Source: Thermoplasmata archaeon
GTDB taxonomy: Archaea > Thermoplasmatota > Thermoplasmata > Halarchaeoplasmatales > Halarchaeoplasmataceae
NCBI GenBank assembly: GCA_003553085.1
Contig: PUPH01000031.1
Coordinates: 3-64,002 of the forward strand
DNA length: 64,000 nt
Reading direction: 5' to 3'
Part shown: piece by piece, positions 47,913 through 57,863 of the stretch
How the letters are laid out: each line of letters opens with the position of its first letter
Position numbering within the stretch: the first letter of the stretch is position 1
The notes under the pieces: generated by a model
The model's database searches: none
The model's input: only the letters and a program-made list of their open reading frames with translations
Told to the model about the DNA's origin: nothing
Translations under genes and position numbers: made by a program

Positions 47913-49298
47913 CTACTTTCCTCCCACGGTGGCTTCACATCTCATATTCGGTCCGCCGCCATCCACCTTCGCGCTCTGGAACTTACCGCAATAGCCCGAA
48001 CCCATGCTGAACTCGAAGTTGTCTGCTACCGCGTCTACACTCCTGAGTACATCGAAGCCAGAACCAGAGATGGATACTCCTCGTAGTAGTTCTGTCAATT
48101 CACCGTTCTCTATACGCCATGCCTTCTCGACTCCGAATGTAAACTCAGCATTGGCATCGGCCTGCCCACCTTTTGCACCTTCTAGATAATATCCATCCTT
48201 AGTTTCCTCTATCATCTCATCCACACCGTATTCTCCTGTCTCGATGAACGTGTTCGTCATACGTATTATCGGTGGGTCGGAATACTGATAAGCTCGTGCG
48301 TTGCCCCTAGGTGTCATCTCGAGTACCCGGGCGGTCTCAAGATCACACAGGTATCCTTTCAGCACACCGTCTTTTATTAGCTCAGTTCGTTGAGACAACG
48401 TTCCTTCGTCATCTACCGGCGTCCATCCTGCTGCGTGTGGGTCCGCCACCCCATGATCCACTAGGGTGACCAATTCACTCGCTACCTTCTTCCCCAATTT
48501 ATCCTGTGCAACGGAGCCCGAGAGTACAAAATCAGCTTCCACCGTATGTCCGATGGCTTCGTGTGCTATCAACCCGACCAGCTCCGGATTCAGGATCACC
48601 TTAGCGGGACCACCTTTGGGATGTTCGGCTTTTAAGAGTCTTTGAGCCGACCCAACGGCCTTATCCGCCATCTCATGAGGTGTACTTTTAGCGAACAAGT
48701 CGTCCCATCCACCGGTGACCCCTCTGCTTTCGATCCCCGATATCTTTTCACCATGAAGGTTTGCATAAGCTATCGTATAAAAATCCACTTTTTCATCGTG
48801 TATCTCCACCTCGGTCCCAAAGCTGTTGACGATAAACTTGTCGTCCTGCATCTCGTTCCAAAGACATTTGGCAGAGTTGATGGATTTTTTATTCCTCATC
48901 TCCGAGTCTAGTTCTTTCAATAATTCTATCTTCTTTTCGATAGGATGATCTGTAACACTATCGTTCACCTCTGCACGAAACACTCCGGAGCAAGGGATGA
49001 CATCACCGATTTCGCCTACCTTTTGTGTTTTCAACCGTGAGGTGATACGTGCCGCCTTCTCCGCTCGTTGGATGGTGTTGATTATATCTTTGTCATCCAT
49101 CTTACTGGTGCTGCTGAACCCCCAGACACCGTCATGAAGAACTCTCACCCCGATACCAGAGTAGGTGGACGAGTGTAGGTCCTCTACATCGCCCCTTACT
49201 ATCTCTATCTTCTTCTGCTCTCTAGAATGATACCTTAGCTCAACATAGGCCGCCTGGCTCTTCTCTACTAACTTCGATAGCTTATCTTTCATATTCAC
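47913..49298 (-). CDS. TldD family metalloprotease
   Basis: GIGVRV, HEAIGH..EAD, DDEG, GNARA, RMTNT, GGQ and C-terminal CGK. Confidence 0.92.
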   Translation of the reverse strand: MNMKDKLSKLVEKSQAAYVELRYHSREQKKIEIVRGDVEDLHSSTYSGIGVRVLHDGVWGFSSTSKMDDKDIINTIQRAEKAARITSRLKTQKVGEIGDVIPCSGVFRAEVNDSVTDHPIEKKIELLKELDSEMRNKKSINSAKCLWNEMQDDKFIVNSFGTEVEIHDEKVDFYTIAYANLHGEKISGIESRGVTGGWDDLFAKSTPHEMADKAVGSAQRLLKAEHPKGGPAKVILNPELVGLIAHEAIGHTVEADFVLSGSVAQDKLGKKVASELVTLVDHGVADPHAAGWTPVDDEGTLSQRTELIKDGVLKGYLCDLETARVLEMTPRGNARAYQYSDPPIIRMTNTFIETGEYGVDEMIEETKDGYYLEGAKGGQADANAEFTFGVEKAWRIENGELTELLRGVSISGSGFDVLRSVDAVADNFEFSMGSGYCGKFQSAKVDGGGPNMRCEATVGGK

Positions 49299-50623
49299 TT
49301 ACCCGAGATGGTTACATCCTTCAATTTGACCGAAGGAAGCTCGATGTTTATAGTAGCAGATCCGATGCTGTCATAGATCTTCTTGTGATCATCACCCAAC
49401 TCCATGGTATGCAATGATCCGGGTAGATTACCTGATATCATCAGACCTTCTAAACGTCCCTTTTTGATACCATCTTCCACCAACCATGCGGGATTGGCCA
49501 CCACACTAAAGTCACCGCTTGCAGGACTGGATGTATGGGCACCCATGACATTGTCCACCAATATCGTTCTACCTGCAAACAGTTCCTCTCTCGGTATATC
49601 CTCACCACTCATCATCACGTTCCTACTGCCTATCTGAGGGGGTGATTTAAAGGATGGGCGTACTCCATTGGCAGTACTCTTTGTGCCGCTTTGTACAGCC
49701 TCTTTAAGATCGTAAAAGAAGTTGTCCAATATTCCTCCGGATATAAGAGATACTGGTGAGCTGAGTACACCCTCATCGTCGAAGGGGAAACTGCCAAGCC
49801 CCCAATTAGATGTGGGATCTTCCACCAGATCGATGTATCCTGCGGCCACTTCATCCCCTACTCTATCTTCATACACAGATTTACCTTTCCTAACGTTCTC
49901 ACCGTCAAAGGATGGGAGCAATCCGAAGTGGATCAATATCCCCATGGCGTCGGGGCTTAAAATTACCGGGATCTTATCTCCTGGGATCTCCGCTAGATCT
50001 TTCATAGAAACTACCCTTTCACCTGCGGCGATACCTACCTCTTCAAAATCTATATCGTACTTTCTACTGCTAGATGATTCACTGGCCATAAGAGATGTCT
50101 TCTCACCGGGCAAAGTCGCGGCCACGCCTCCAGTGATGATGGATCCGTCCTGTGAGTAAAAAAGACCTTTGGTATTGCCGACGATCACGTTTCCTGAAGC
50201 TATCTTCAATGTACCTCGAGAGGGGAGTATATCGTCATCAACGGATGAGGCACCATCTACCATCTGTTGAGCTATCTCAATTCCATCGTCCATTGCCCTT
50301 TCCACTTTTTTATCGTACGTCTTTACTGCTGGTGGTTTCTCGCCCATCGGGAGCTCCATCTCCGTCTTTGGAGATAAAGATGTTAGCTCTATGGCTCTTT
50401 TTACACCGATCTCTTCTTTTCCAGGTGCGCAGTATCCGAAGCCGACTCTTCCGTCCTTAAATACCCTGATGCCTAAACCCATATCCTCATACTCATTACT
50501 GTCGGATACCTCTCCGTTCATTATCGAATAGCTAAGGATCCTTGAACGGATTCCATAAACATCTCCTGTCAACCCCTTTTTCTTCAACTGCTCTAAACAC
50601 TCTTTGATACCCTCTTCGATCAT
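49295..50623 (-). CDS. PmbA/TldE family protein
   Basis: GLGIRV, FDDEG, STANG, GAHT and SGDFS motifs, no HExxxH. Confidence 0.88.
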   Translation of the reverse strand: MIEEGIKECLEQLKKKGLTGDVYGIRSRILSYSIMNGEVSDSNEYEDMGLGIRVFKDGRVGFGYCAPGKEEIGVKRAIELTSLSPKTEMELPMGEKPPAVKTYDKKVERAMDDGIEIAQQMVDGASSVDDDILPSRGTLKIASGNVIVGNTKGLFYSQDGSIITGGVAATLPGEKTSLMASESSSSRKYDIDFEEVGIAAGERVVSMKDLAEIPGDKIPVILSPDAMGILIHFGLLPSFDGENVRKGKSVYEDRVGDEVAAGYIDLVEDPTSNWGLGSFPFDDEGVLSSPVSLISGGILDNFFYDLKEAVQSGTKSTANGVRPSFKSPPQIGSRNVMMSGEDIPREELFAGRTILVDNVMGAHTSSPASGDFSVVANPAWLVEDGIKKGRLEGLMISGNLPGSLHTMELGDDHKKIYDSIGSATINIELPSVKLKDVTISGK

Positions 50624-51978
50624 TCTCTACCACCTACCGTGACCTGGGAGATGAGGGTGTTACCCCCACCATCGGTGACCGATGCACTCTGACCCTTTCC
50701 ACAGTGTCCGATCCCCATACCAGTCTCTTTTGTGATACCTACGATGTTCTGTAGTGTTTCAAGAGTAAATCCGTTAAAACTTACGTTCCTCAGTGGTCTC
50801 CCTATCTCTCCGTTCTCTATGAGATATGCGACCTGTGCGTTGAATTGGAAGGTACCCTGGGCGGTGTTCACCTGTCCACCGCTTGTAGATCTTGCATAGA
50901 TACCCTTGTCTATATCTTCTATCAATTCATCAAAGACCATATCACCGGCTTCCATGATGGTGTTACTCATCCTTACCAAGGGTTTGACACGGAAGTCCTC
51001 GGCTCTAGCACCACCGTTGGGTTCCATGTTCAGCTTCCATGCATTTTCACGGTCCAGTATGAAATCGTTCAGCACCCCGTCTTTGACCAGTACACGGTTC
51101 TTCGCTCGTGTTCCCTCGTCGTCGAAGGGGAAACTCCCGTAACCGTCCATCGTTGGATCATCCTTGATGGTGACTATCTCGGAGGCTACCTTCTCACCTA
51201 TCTTTCCCTTCAAACAACTGTTACCGCTGGAAACCAGGTCGCCCTCTGCGGCGTGGCCGAAGGCTTCATGGGAGAATACACCGGTAAGGTGTGGATCCAT
51301 TACCAAAGGTAACTTTCCCGAAGGCGGACTCTTTGCTTCTAAAAGGGCTCCCAATCTGTCCAGTAGGATATCGGCCTTCTCGAATGCCTCACCGCTCAAC
51401 TCGAAGCCGCCGGTTCCCCCGATGGCTTCGGTAGCCATCTGTACCGTATCGCTTTTACCGGTGACTATCATATAGGTTACCAGTCGAGGTATCTCCATGG
51501 TCACGTGCGTACCTTCACTGGTGATTATCTCCTTTTCCACCAGTAGATCTCTGTATCGTAGATCGGTCGATCTGACGATATCGCTCTTTAGATGGGTTTC
51601 CAACTCCTGTAAAAAATCCAGCTTCTCCTCGGGACTCACATCAAGAAAGCTGTCTTTCATGGGATATACAGCCTTCTCCTGCAAAGGCTCCACCTCTGCC
51701 AGTCCAGTTCTATCTTTTTTCAGCTTATCACTGTTCTTCGCCATGGATAACGCTCTTTCCAGCGATCGTTCTAGTGAAGATAGATCAGCAGTACCTACAT
51801 AACCCCATCCATCACCATATAATACCCTGGTCATGGCACCTTCTTCTTCCCCCTGTATCACCGTTTCCGGAACTCCATCCTTTAGATAAAGGATCTTCCT
51901 GTGCCACTTTTCCTTTCGTATATCACAATACTGAGCACCCTTCTGAAGGATACTTTGTATGAGCTCTTTTTCTTCCAT
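50620..51978 (-). CDS. TldD family metalloprotease
   Basis: HEAFGH..EGD, FDDEG, RMSNT, GGQV and CGK motifs. Start refined to the ATG at 51978. Confidence 0.92.
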   Translation of the reverse strand: MEEKELIQSILQKGAQYCDIRKEKWHRKILYLKDGVPETVIQGEEEGAMTRVLYGDGWGYVGTADLSSLERSLERALSMAKNSDKLKKDRTGLAEVEPLQEKAVYPMKDSFLDVSPEEKLDFLQELETHLKSDIVRSTDLRYRDLLVEKEIITSEGTHVTMEIPRLVTYMIVTGKSDTVQMATEAIGGTGGFELSGEAFEKADILLDRLGALLEAKSPPSGKLPLVMDPHLTGVFSHEAFGHAAEGDLVSSGNSCLKGKIGEKVASEIVTIKDDPTMDGYGSFPFDDEGTRAKNRVLVKDGVLNDFILDRENAWKLNMEPNGGARAEDFRVKPLVRMSNTIMEAGDMVFDELIEDIDKGIYARSTSGGQVNTAQGTFQFNAQVAYLIENGEIGRPLRNVSFNGFTLETLQNIVGITKETGMGIGHCGKGQSASVTDGGGNTLISQVTVGGRE

Positions 51979-52035
51979 CGCTTGCGAAGAGGACCTTGGG
52001 GATAAAAGTATTTTGTGCAAATGTGTACAATATTA

Positions 52036-53226
52036 TTAACGATCTCTCATCATCGCCTGAATGGTTCTAACGACATCTACCGTTTCATGGACATCGTGGA
52101 CCCTCAGTATCCCGACCTTCTTTTGGACCGCCAGTGCCGCAACCGCAAGAGAGCCGTAAAGTCGCTCATCTGCCTTTTTGTCCAACACCTGTCCTAAAAA
52201 GCTTTTACGAGAAGCTCCCAGTAATACCGGATAACCCATGGAATTGAACTCCTCCAAACGTGAGATGATCTCCAGGTTATGATGTATCCTCTTTCCGAAT
52301 CCGATACCAGGATCGATAATTATATTTGATGGGGATATACCGGCCTCCTCGGCTTGGGAAGCCCTGTTTCTCAGGTATCGATATATCTCGGTGATCACAT
52401 CATCGTATCTAGGGTCGTCCTGCATGGTTTCAGGTGTTCCCTGCATGTGCATGATCACCACGGGTACGTCCAGGGTTGCAACGGTTTCGCGCATACCTTC
52501 ATCCCTTAACCCATAAACATCATTGATCATGGAGGCACCTGCATCCACGGCGGCTTCAGCTACCTTCGGTCGATGGGTGTCGATACTCAGCGGTACGTCT
52601 ATCTTATCCACGAGACTATCGATCACTGGCAGCACCCTATCGATCTCATCTTCTACGGATACACGTCCACTTCCAGGCCTGGTACTTTCACCGCCTATAT
52701 CTATTATATCGGCACCTTCGCCCACCATATCCTGAGCTCGTTCGATGGCTCTGTCCAGATCGTAGTTTACACCACCATCATAGAAGCTATCCGGAGTCAC
52801 GTTCAATATCCCCATCACTCGTGTTCCTTCACCGGGAACGGGAGGTTCGGCGGGATCGTCAAAATTCTTTAAAGCGGTCTTTACCTCTTCAGATAAGTTC
52901 GGTAATCCCAGGGGTTGTTCTTCGAGTTTTCTAAGGACCCTTCTATAATGAGAGAGGGTCCCCATCATGATCACTTCGCTCTCATCTTCGGATACGTTCA
53001 ATGCGGCCCAGGATACCGCAGCCTCCGCTCCTGCGGCTAAAAACTCTTGCTTTAAGATGTTGGCAGCTCTTGGATCGAGTCCAGATGCTCTGATCAAGCG
53101 GTACGTCCCTTTGGGTGCCATGATCTCTACACCCCTTGGATCACACCCCATGCGTTCTAGTTCATCGGCTATACGATCTTTTGAGAGTATCCGAGTTTCG
53201 AACATATTCTCAGGTAATATGAACAC
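52036..53226 (-). CDS. folP: Dihydropteroate synthase with N-terminal extension
   Basis: MGILNVTPDSFYDGG, DIGGESTRPG, INDV, MHMQG.P, DPGIGFGK, GASRK and RVHDV motifs. The start may be 53205. Confidence 0.95.
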   Translation of the reverse strand: MFILPENMFETRILSKDRIADELERMGCDPRGVEIMAPKGTYRLIRASGLDPRAANILKQEFLAAGAEAAVSWAALNVSEDESEVIMMGTLSHYRRVLRKLEEQPLGLPNLSEEVKTALKNFDDPAEPPVPGEGTRVMGILNVTPDSFYDGGVNYDLDRAIERAQDMVGEGADIIDIGGESTRPGSGRVSVEDEIDRVLPVIDSLVDKIDVPLSIDTHRPKVAEAAVDAGASMINDVYGLRDEGMRETVATLDVPVVIMHMQGTPETMQDDPRYDDVITEIYRYLRNRASQAEEAGISPSNIIIDPGIGFGKRIHHNLEIISRLEEFNSMGYPVLLGASRKSFLGQVLDKKADERLYGSLAVAALAVQKKVGILRVHDVHETVDVVRTIQAMMRDR

Positions 53227-53238
53227 ATGATAAAAAAG

Positions 53239-53781
53239 TTAATCCTCGAATATTGCCCCACATCCGGGACACTCATCTGCACTCTCGGACACTTCGCTGC
53301 CGCACAGGGGACACATGAACTTTAATTCAAAATCATACTCTTCTTCCGATTCCTCCATCAGGAACGCGAACTGTTTTATTTCCTCGACCACCGATTCAGT
53401 ATCCGTGATCTCGAAAGTGCGGTCATCCACGTTTTCGAGTAGTTCTTCCAGAAGGGTCTGGTGGATGATCTCCTTTAGATCCGCTCCGCACTCCGGGCAT
53501 TTCTTTTCTTTTATGGTGGCTTCAGATCCACACTCAGGGCATGCTACGGTCTTTCCCGGGTCCATCTCGTGCCTGACTTCCTCACCCTCTTCGGATAACA
53601 CTGAAACATAGGGTACCCTGTTTCCGCTCCTATCTACGAACCTTTGCCCCATCTGAGATATTATCCACTCTAAGTCAACATCACATTCTGGGCACTTCTT
53701 ATCGGAGCTGGAGATATCCGAACCACATCTCGGGCAGTGGTCGGGTCTTTTTGTTTCACTTTCCTGCTCGGATGACATCAT
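53239..53781 (-). CDS. Double zinc-ribbon domain protein
   Basis: Three CPxCG...CPxC pairs; acidic. Confidence 0.8.
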   Translation of the reverse strand: MMSSEQESETKRPDHCPRCGSDISSSDKKCPECDVDLEWIISQMGQRFVDRSGNRVPYVSVLSEEGEEVRHEMDPGKTVACPECGSEATIKEKKCPECGADLKEIIHQTLLEELLENVDDRTFEITDTESVVEEIKQFAFLMEESEEEYDFELKFMCPLCGSEVSESADECPGCGAIFED

Positions 53782-53819
53782 ACACCTTCCAAGGATACAC
53801 AGTAAGTACGATTAAAGAT

Positions 53820-54800
53820 TTATCCCTTGAAGATCGGCCTTTGTATGCCTTCTTTTGACACATAGACCATCTCTTCGTCCTCTTCACTCACTTCTTCCTT
53901 CGCCTGTAAGAAACCTCGCATACGAACATTGAGCAGATCTATATGGTGTAATGCAACCGCTTCTTCCATCCTGGGACTACGGGCGCTTCCCCACTCGAAA
54001 TCTCCGTGGTGGGATAGTATTATGTGAGAAAGTTTCAGTGATCGTTCGTCCGTCAGATCATCGATTTTTTGTGCACGTTCCCTGACCAGTCTTTCACAGA
54101 GTACGGTATGACCGATCAATCTAGCTTCTGTGGTCAATTCTATGGAGGTGTAATGTTCATATTCTAGGACCTTACCGAAATCGTGGACGATGGATGCTGC
54201 CAGGAGTAGATCTCGGTCCAACTCAGAATAAAGGGATGTTACATGATATGATAAACGTACATCGTCGAGAGTGTGCTCCAGCAATCCACCGAGGTAATTA
54301 TAACTATAATTTTTACTGTAAGGACTCCTTTTGAACGCTTCAGCGAAGGGTTCGTCTTCCAGAAAGGACATCGTCAATGAATATAGTCCTTTATCCTCTA
54401 TCTCAGCTGCATACTCCATGAGCTCTTCAAACATGGCTTCCACATCTCTGTCCGTGGTGGGCATGAACTCCGAGGGATCTATTGATCCTATATCCGCACG
54501 CCTCAATTTATGAAAATCATCTGGACTGATGGATATCTGTAGATCGCCTCTATAGGTGGTGACCGAGCCGTCGACTTCCAACACATCGCCCACCTTGATC
54601 CTTTCATAAAGGTCGTTCACCATCTGTCTATCTACACCACCCCAGTAAACTAAAGGGATATCGCCGGTCCTATCACCGACTTTCAATCTAAAAAACCAGC
54701 CTTTGGAATACTCCTTAGGTGGCATCTTCGTCCTCACCGCGAACCTATCCCTTACGTTTTGACCCTCTACAAGGTCCTCCACATACTTTTTCTTTTCCAA
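53820..54800 (-). CDS. OB-fold + HD-domain nuclease (YhaM/Cbf1-like 3'-5' exoribonuclease)
   Basis: DRTG.I..VYW OB fold; GGLLEHT, HDFGK..EY, LIGH, ILSHHG and EA..LH.ID motifs. Confidence 0.87.
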   Translation of the reverse strand: MEKKKYVEDLVEGQNVRDRFAVRTKMPPKEYSKGWFFRLKVGDRTGDIPLVYWGGVDRQMVNDLYERIKVGDVLEVDGSVTTYRGDLQISISPDDFHKLRRADIGSIDPSEFMPTTDRDVEAMFEELMEYAAEIEDKGLYSLTMSFLEDEPFAEAFKRSPYSKNYSYNYLGGLLEHTLDDVRLSYHVTSLYSELDRDLLLAASIVHDFGKVLEYEHYTSIELTTEARLIGHTVLCERLVRERAQKIDDLTDERSLKLSHIILSHHGDFEWGSARSPRMEEAVALHHIDLLNVRMRGFLQAKEEVSEEDEEMVYVSKEGIQRPIFKG

Positions 54801-54851
54801 TCTATCACGATATGCTCAAAGTCCGAAGGGATATTTAACTTAAACGGTTTT

Positions 54852-55805
54852 TCACACTTCCACTTCAAGATCTAATTCGTCCACCAGTTCCTTATATCGG
54901 TTCCTTACGGTGACCTCGGTGACCGCCGCCACATCGGCAACTTCTCTTTGAGTTCTACGTTGATTTTTTTGTATAGAAGCTATGTATATGGATGCCGCCG
55001 CCAGGCCCGTAGGACCCTTTCCTGAGATCAGTTCCTTTTCCTCGGCCATCTTGATTATCTCGTCCGCTCTCCTCTGTACTTTACCGGATAAGCCCAGTTC
55101 GCTGCAGAAGCGACCCAGATATTCTTCTGGTCGGGTGGGTTTCAGTTTGAGAACAAGCTCCCTGCTAAGGAAACGATAAGTTCGGCCTATCTCTTTCCTA
55201 TCCGATGAAGTGGCTTCAGCTATCTCGTCCAGTGTTCTAGGAACGCTGGCTTTCCTGCAGGCTGCGTAAAGTGATGCAGCCACCACACTGTTTATGCTTC
55301 TACCTCGGATAAGATTCTTTTTCACTGCGTTCCTATAGATCACCGCGGCACTCTCTCTGATGTTCTTAGGAAGCCCCATGGTGGAAGCCATCCTGTCAAG
55401 TTCGGTAAGTGCGTAAGCTAGATTTCTCTCCGTAGCATCGGAAACACGTATCCTCCTCTGCCACTTCCTTAAACGATAGATTTGTGCCTTCTTTTTACTA
55501 GGTATGGATCTGCCGTAAGAATCGCGGTTGGATTGATCTATACCAGTGGATAATCCCTTGTCGTGGACCATCTGTGTCATAGGGGCACCTGTACGCGCTC
55601 TGCTCTGTTCCTGCTGCATATCGAATGCCCTCCATTCAGGCCCTTCGTCCACATACTGATCATCCACCACCAGACCGCATTCTTCACACACTAATTCTCC
55701 CCGATCGTAATCTTGAGCTAGATGTTTACTATTGCACTCCGGACATTCGGTTATCTTTTCGACCCGGTCTCGACCCCGGCCAACTGCTTCGGTATCATCA
55801 TTCAT
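54852..55805 (-). CDS. tfb: Transcription initiation factor IIB
   Basis: CPEC..CEECG zinc ribbon, GPEWRAF, HDKGLST, ERNL and [13 protein letters not shown]. Confidence 0.97.
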   Translation of the reverse strand: MNDDTEAVGRGRDRVEKITECPECNSKHLAQDYDRGELVCEECGLVVDDQYVDEGPEWRAFDMQQEQSRARTGAPMTQMVHDKGLSTGIDQSNRDSYGRSIPSKKKAQIYRLRKWQRRIRVSDATERNLAYALTELDRMASTMGLPKNIRESAAVIYRNAVKKNLIRGRSINSVVAASLYAACRKASVPRTLDEIAEATSSDRKEIGRTYRFLSRELVLKLKPTRPEEYLGRFCSELGLSGKVQRRADEIIKMAEEKELISGKGPTGLAAASIYIASIQKNQRRTQREVADVAAVTEVTVRNRYKELVDELDLEVEV

Positions 55806-56040
55806 AGTTTTCGTCCTCCACGAAAACCGATCTACCTACCATGGTAAGAGGTCTCCTGGAATCCTTCCTTGGTTTTACTTCGACATATGGTGAACCGACT
55901 GGACCAAAAACCCACGAAATCTTACCGATAACATTCCTTCTCTTATCGATTACCTCTGTGCCCGGTGGAACATACTGAGGAAAGCGAGTGATAATTTCCC
56001 CTCGATGGGACACTGTGTGGATCTTTCCTTCGATTCGCAA
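55798..56040 (-). CDS. gar1: H/ACA RNP component Gar1
   Basis: IGKI..VFGPV.SPY motif; canonical gar1-tfb linkage; TTG start. Confidence 0.85.
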   Translation of the reverse strand: MRIEGKIHTVSHRGEIITRFPQYVPPGTEVIDKRRNVIGKISWVFGPVGSPYVEVKPRKDSRRPLTMVGRSVFVEDENYE

Positions 56041-56099
56041 TATTTAAAGCCTCCATATGGTGGTAGCGGTTCTTCAGCTTAACCACATAAGTGGGGTGG

Positions 56100-56120
56100 A
56101 AGTATATAAAACTTTCGAAA
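56100..56120 (-). promoter_or_regulatory. Probable BRE/TATA promoter for gar1-tfb
   Basis: Minus strand CGAAAGTTTTATATAC matches the archaeal BRE plus TATA consensus. Confidence 0.55.
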
Positions 56121-56160
56121 AACTTTATTACATAATCGATTTCATGCAAAATAAAGGTTT

Positions 56161-57036
56161 CTACAAAAGATGCATCAACGGATTTCCTATCAAAAATGAT
56201 ATCACAAAACCGATGGTCATAGGTACTATAAAAGGTATCTTTGGTGTCACCCATATCCTCTTCCTTCCCTTCAAACTGTCGAACATATCTTCTTCATCCC
56301 CCCTAGGTCTGAGTATTACTTTTCTCTCACCTCCTTCATAGAACTCCATTGGCCAAACGAACGATCCCCTTGCCTTATCGATCCCGGTTCTATAACCAAA
56401 GAACATCAAAGGGAACTCAAGATCACCCCTCTTAAGGTTCAATATCAGATATGATACCGGAAGAACCAGCATTATAACTGATGAATTCAAGAGCACAACG
56501 AAGGTGAAGGGAAACAAACTCTGCATGGATTCTATAACCTGAGTCGAAGCACCATGGTCGGTGATGCCATGTAGTACCGGGTAATAAGGAAGTAGGATGG
56601 CAAGAACGACTACAGCCTTTGCATCCGCACCGCCATAGATGATGCCATAATAATAGAACACGAATGCTACAGCCATCATACCGGGTATCCATAGCAAAGG
56701 CCATAAATCTGGATCTGTGAAAGATGAAAAGATCAGGAATCCCACTGTAACGACCGGCAGTAGGAACCATAGTACCACTAAAAAATTGACTCCGGATTCA
56801 TCGTATAGTACCGGTAATTCAACGAAGGCTTCAACCAGTAGAAAGAGTATGGGAACCAGTATCAGATAATAGTGTATCGGAGATCCAGCAGAGATCATCT
56901 GATAGATCAATATACCAAGGGCAAAAAATGACATGATGATCCAGACCTTGTCAGGAACCCTCCTAGTTTTCAAGTCGCATATAGATGCGAATAGCAGGAA
57001 AGTGATCCCAACAAGAAATCTAGCTGACGAGTACAT
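56161..57036 (-). CDS. Prepilin/prearchaellin peptidase (A24, FlaK/PibD-like)
   Basis: DLKTRRVPD and GGADAK aspartate motifs, multiple TMs, and C-terminal WVTPKIPFIVP. Confidence 0.9.
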   Translation of the reverse strand: MYSSARFLVGITFLLFASICDLKTRRVPDKVWIIMSFFALGILIYQMISAGSPIHYYLILVPILFLLVEAFVELPVLYDESGVNFLVVLWFLLPVVTVGFLIFSSFTDPDLWPLLWIPGMMAVAFVFYYYGIIYGGADAKAVVVLAILLPYYPVLHGITDHGASTQVIESMQSLFPFTFVVLLNSSVIMLVLPVSYLILNLKRGDLEFPLMFFGYRTGIDKARGSFVWPMEFYEGGERKVILRPRGDEEDMFDSLKGRKRIWVTPKIPFIVPMTIGFVISFLIGNPLMHLL

Positions 57037-57037
57037 T

Positions 57038-57859
57038 CTACCTCTCGATGGTCATGGAAACGTCGACTGCAGGTGCGGAGTGTGTAAGTGCACCAGATGA
57101 GACTACGTCCGCATGTGGTGTATAATCCTTTACGTTGTATATATCGATATTTCCGGATACTTCGACGAGTATATCCTTACGTATATCTTTAATTTTTGTG
57201 TAAGCCCTCTCGACCTCAGAGGGGGTCATGTTGTCCAGCATCACGATGTCCGCTCCGTTTTCCGCAGCGATCACGGCGCCTTCAAAATCCACCACCTCCA
57301 CATCGATCTTTTTGGAAAAAGAGGCTTTTTTAGCCCGTTCTATAGCTTCCTGCAAACCTCCAGCAAGTGCGATGTGATTGTCCTTGACCAGGACCATATC
57401 GTCCAGGCGCATCCTGTGTGTATCTCCACCACCGTCCTGAACCGCCTTTTTCTCGAAGTATCTGAAGCCGGGTGTTGTTTTTCTAGTGCAGGCCACCACC
57501 GTACCCTCGGCGGCATCCACCATGGAACGTACCTTCGTAGCTATTCCTGACATCCTCATTATCAGATTCAAGGCCAATCGTTCCAGGCTCAATATCACGG
57601 AAGCCGGACCTCTGACCTCCATCAATACGTCACCTTCGCCGACTCTATCCCCGGGGTCAAAGTACTCTTTGACCTCGACACCGTGATCTTCGAAGAGTAC
57701 TGTGGCCTCACGGACACCACTCAACACGAAATCCTCTTTTGAAGTGACCACGCCTTTAACGATCTCATCTTCCACACACAGTCGTGTGGTGATATCACCG
57801 TCGCCGAGATCTTCCTGGATGAACTGTTCTAGATGTTTGAGTAGGATCCATCTATCCAT
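57038..57859 (-). CDS. nadC: Nicotinate-nucleotide diphosphorylase (carboxylating)
   Basis: EDL..GDITT, ER.ALN, TRKTTPG.R, HR..L.D, KDNH, MLDN and SG motifs. Confidence 0.96.
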   Translation of the reverse strand: MDRWILLKHLEQFIQEDLGDGDITTRLCVEDEIVKGVVTSKEDFVLSGVREATVLFEDHGVEVKEYFDPGDRVGEGDVLMEVRGPASVILSLERLALNLIMRMSGIATKVRSMVDAAEGTVVACTRKTTPGFRYFEKKAVQDGGGDTHRMRLDDMVLVKDNHIALAGGLQEAIERAKKASFSKKIDVEVVDFEGAVIAAENGADIVMLDNMTPSEVERAYTKIKDIRKDILVEVSGNIDIYNVKDYTPHADVVSSGALTHSAPAVDVSMTIER

Positions 57860-57863
57860 GGGC

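Noticed and set aside
46559..53781. RiPP biosynthetic cluster around TldD/PmbA
   Set aside because: No precursor peptide, YcaO, radical SAM enzyme or transporter nearby.
56161..57036. Pilus or archaellum locus
   Set aside because: The peptidase is stand-alone, with no pilin, ATPase or platform genes in the window.
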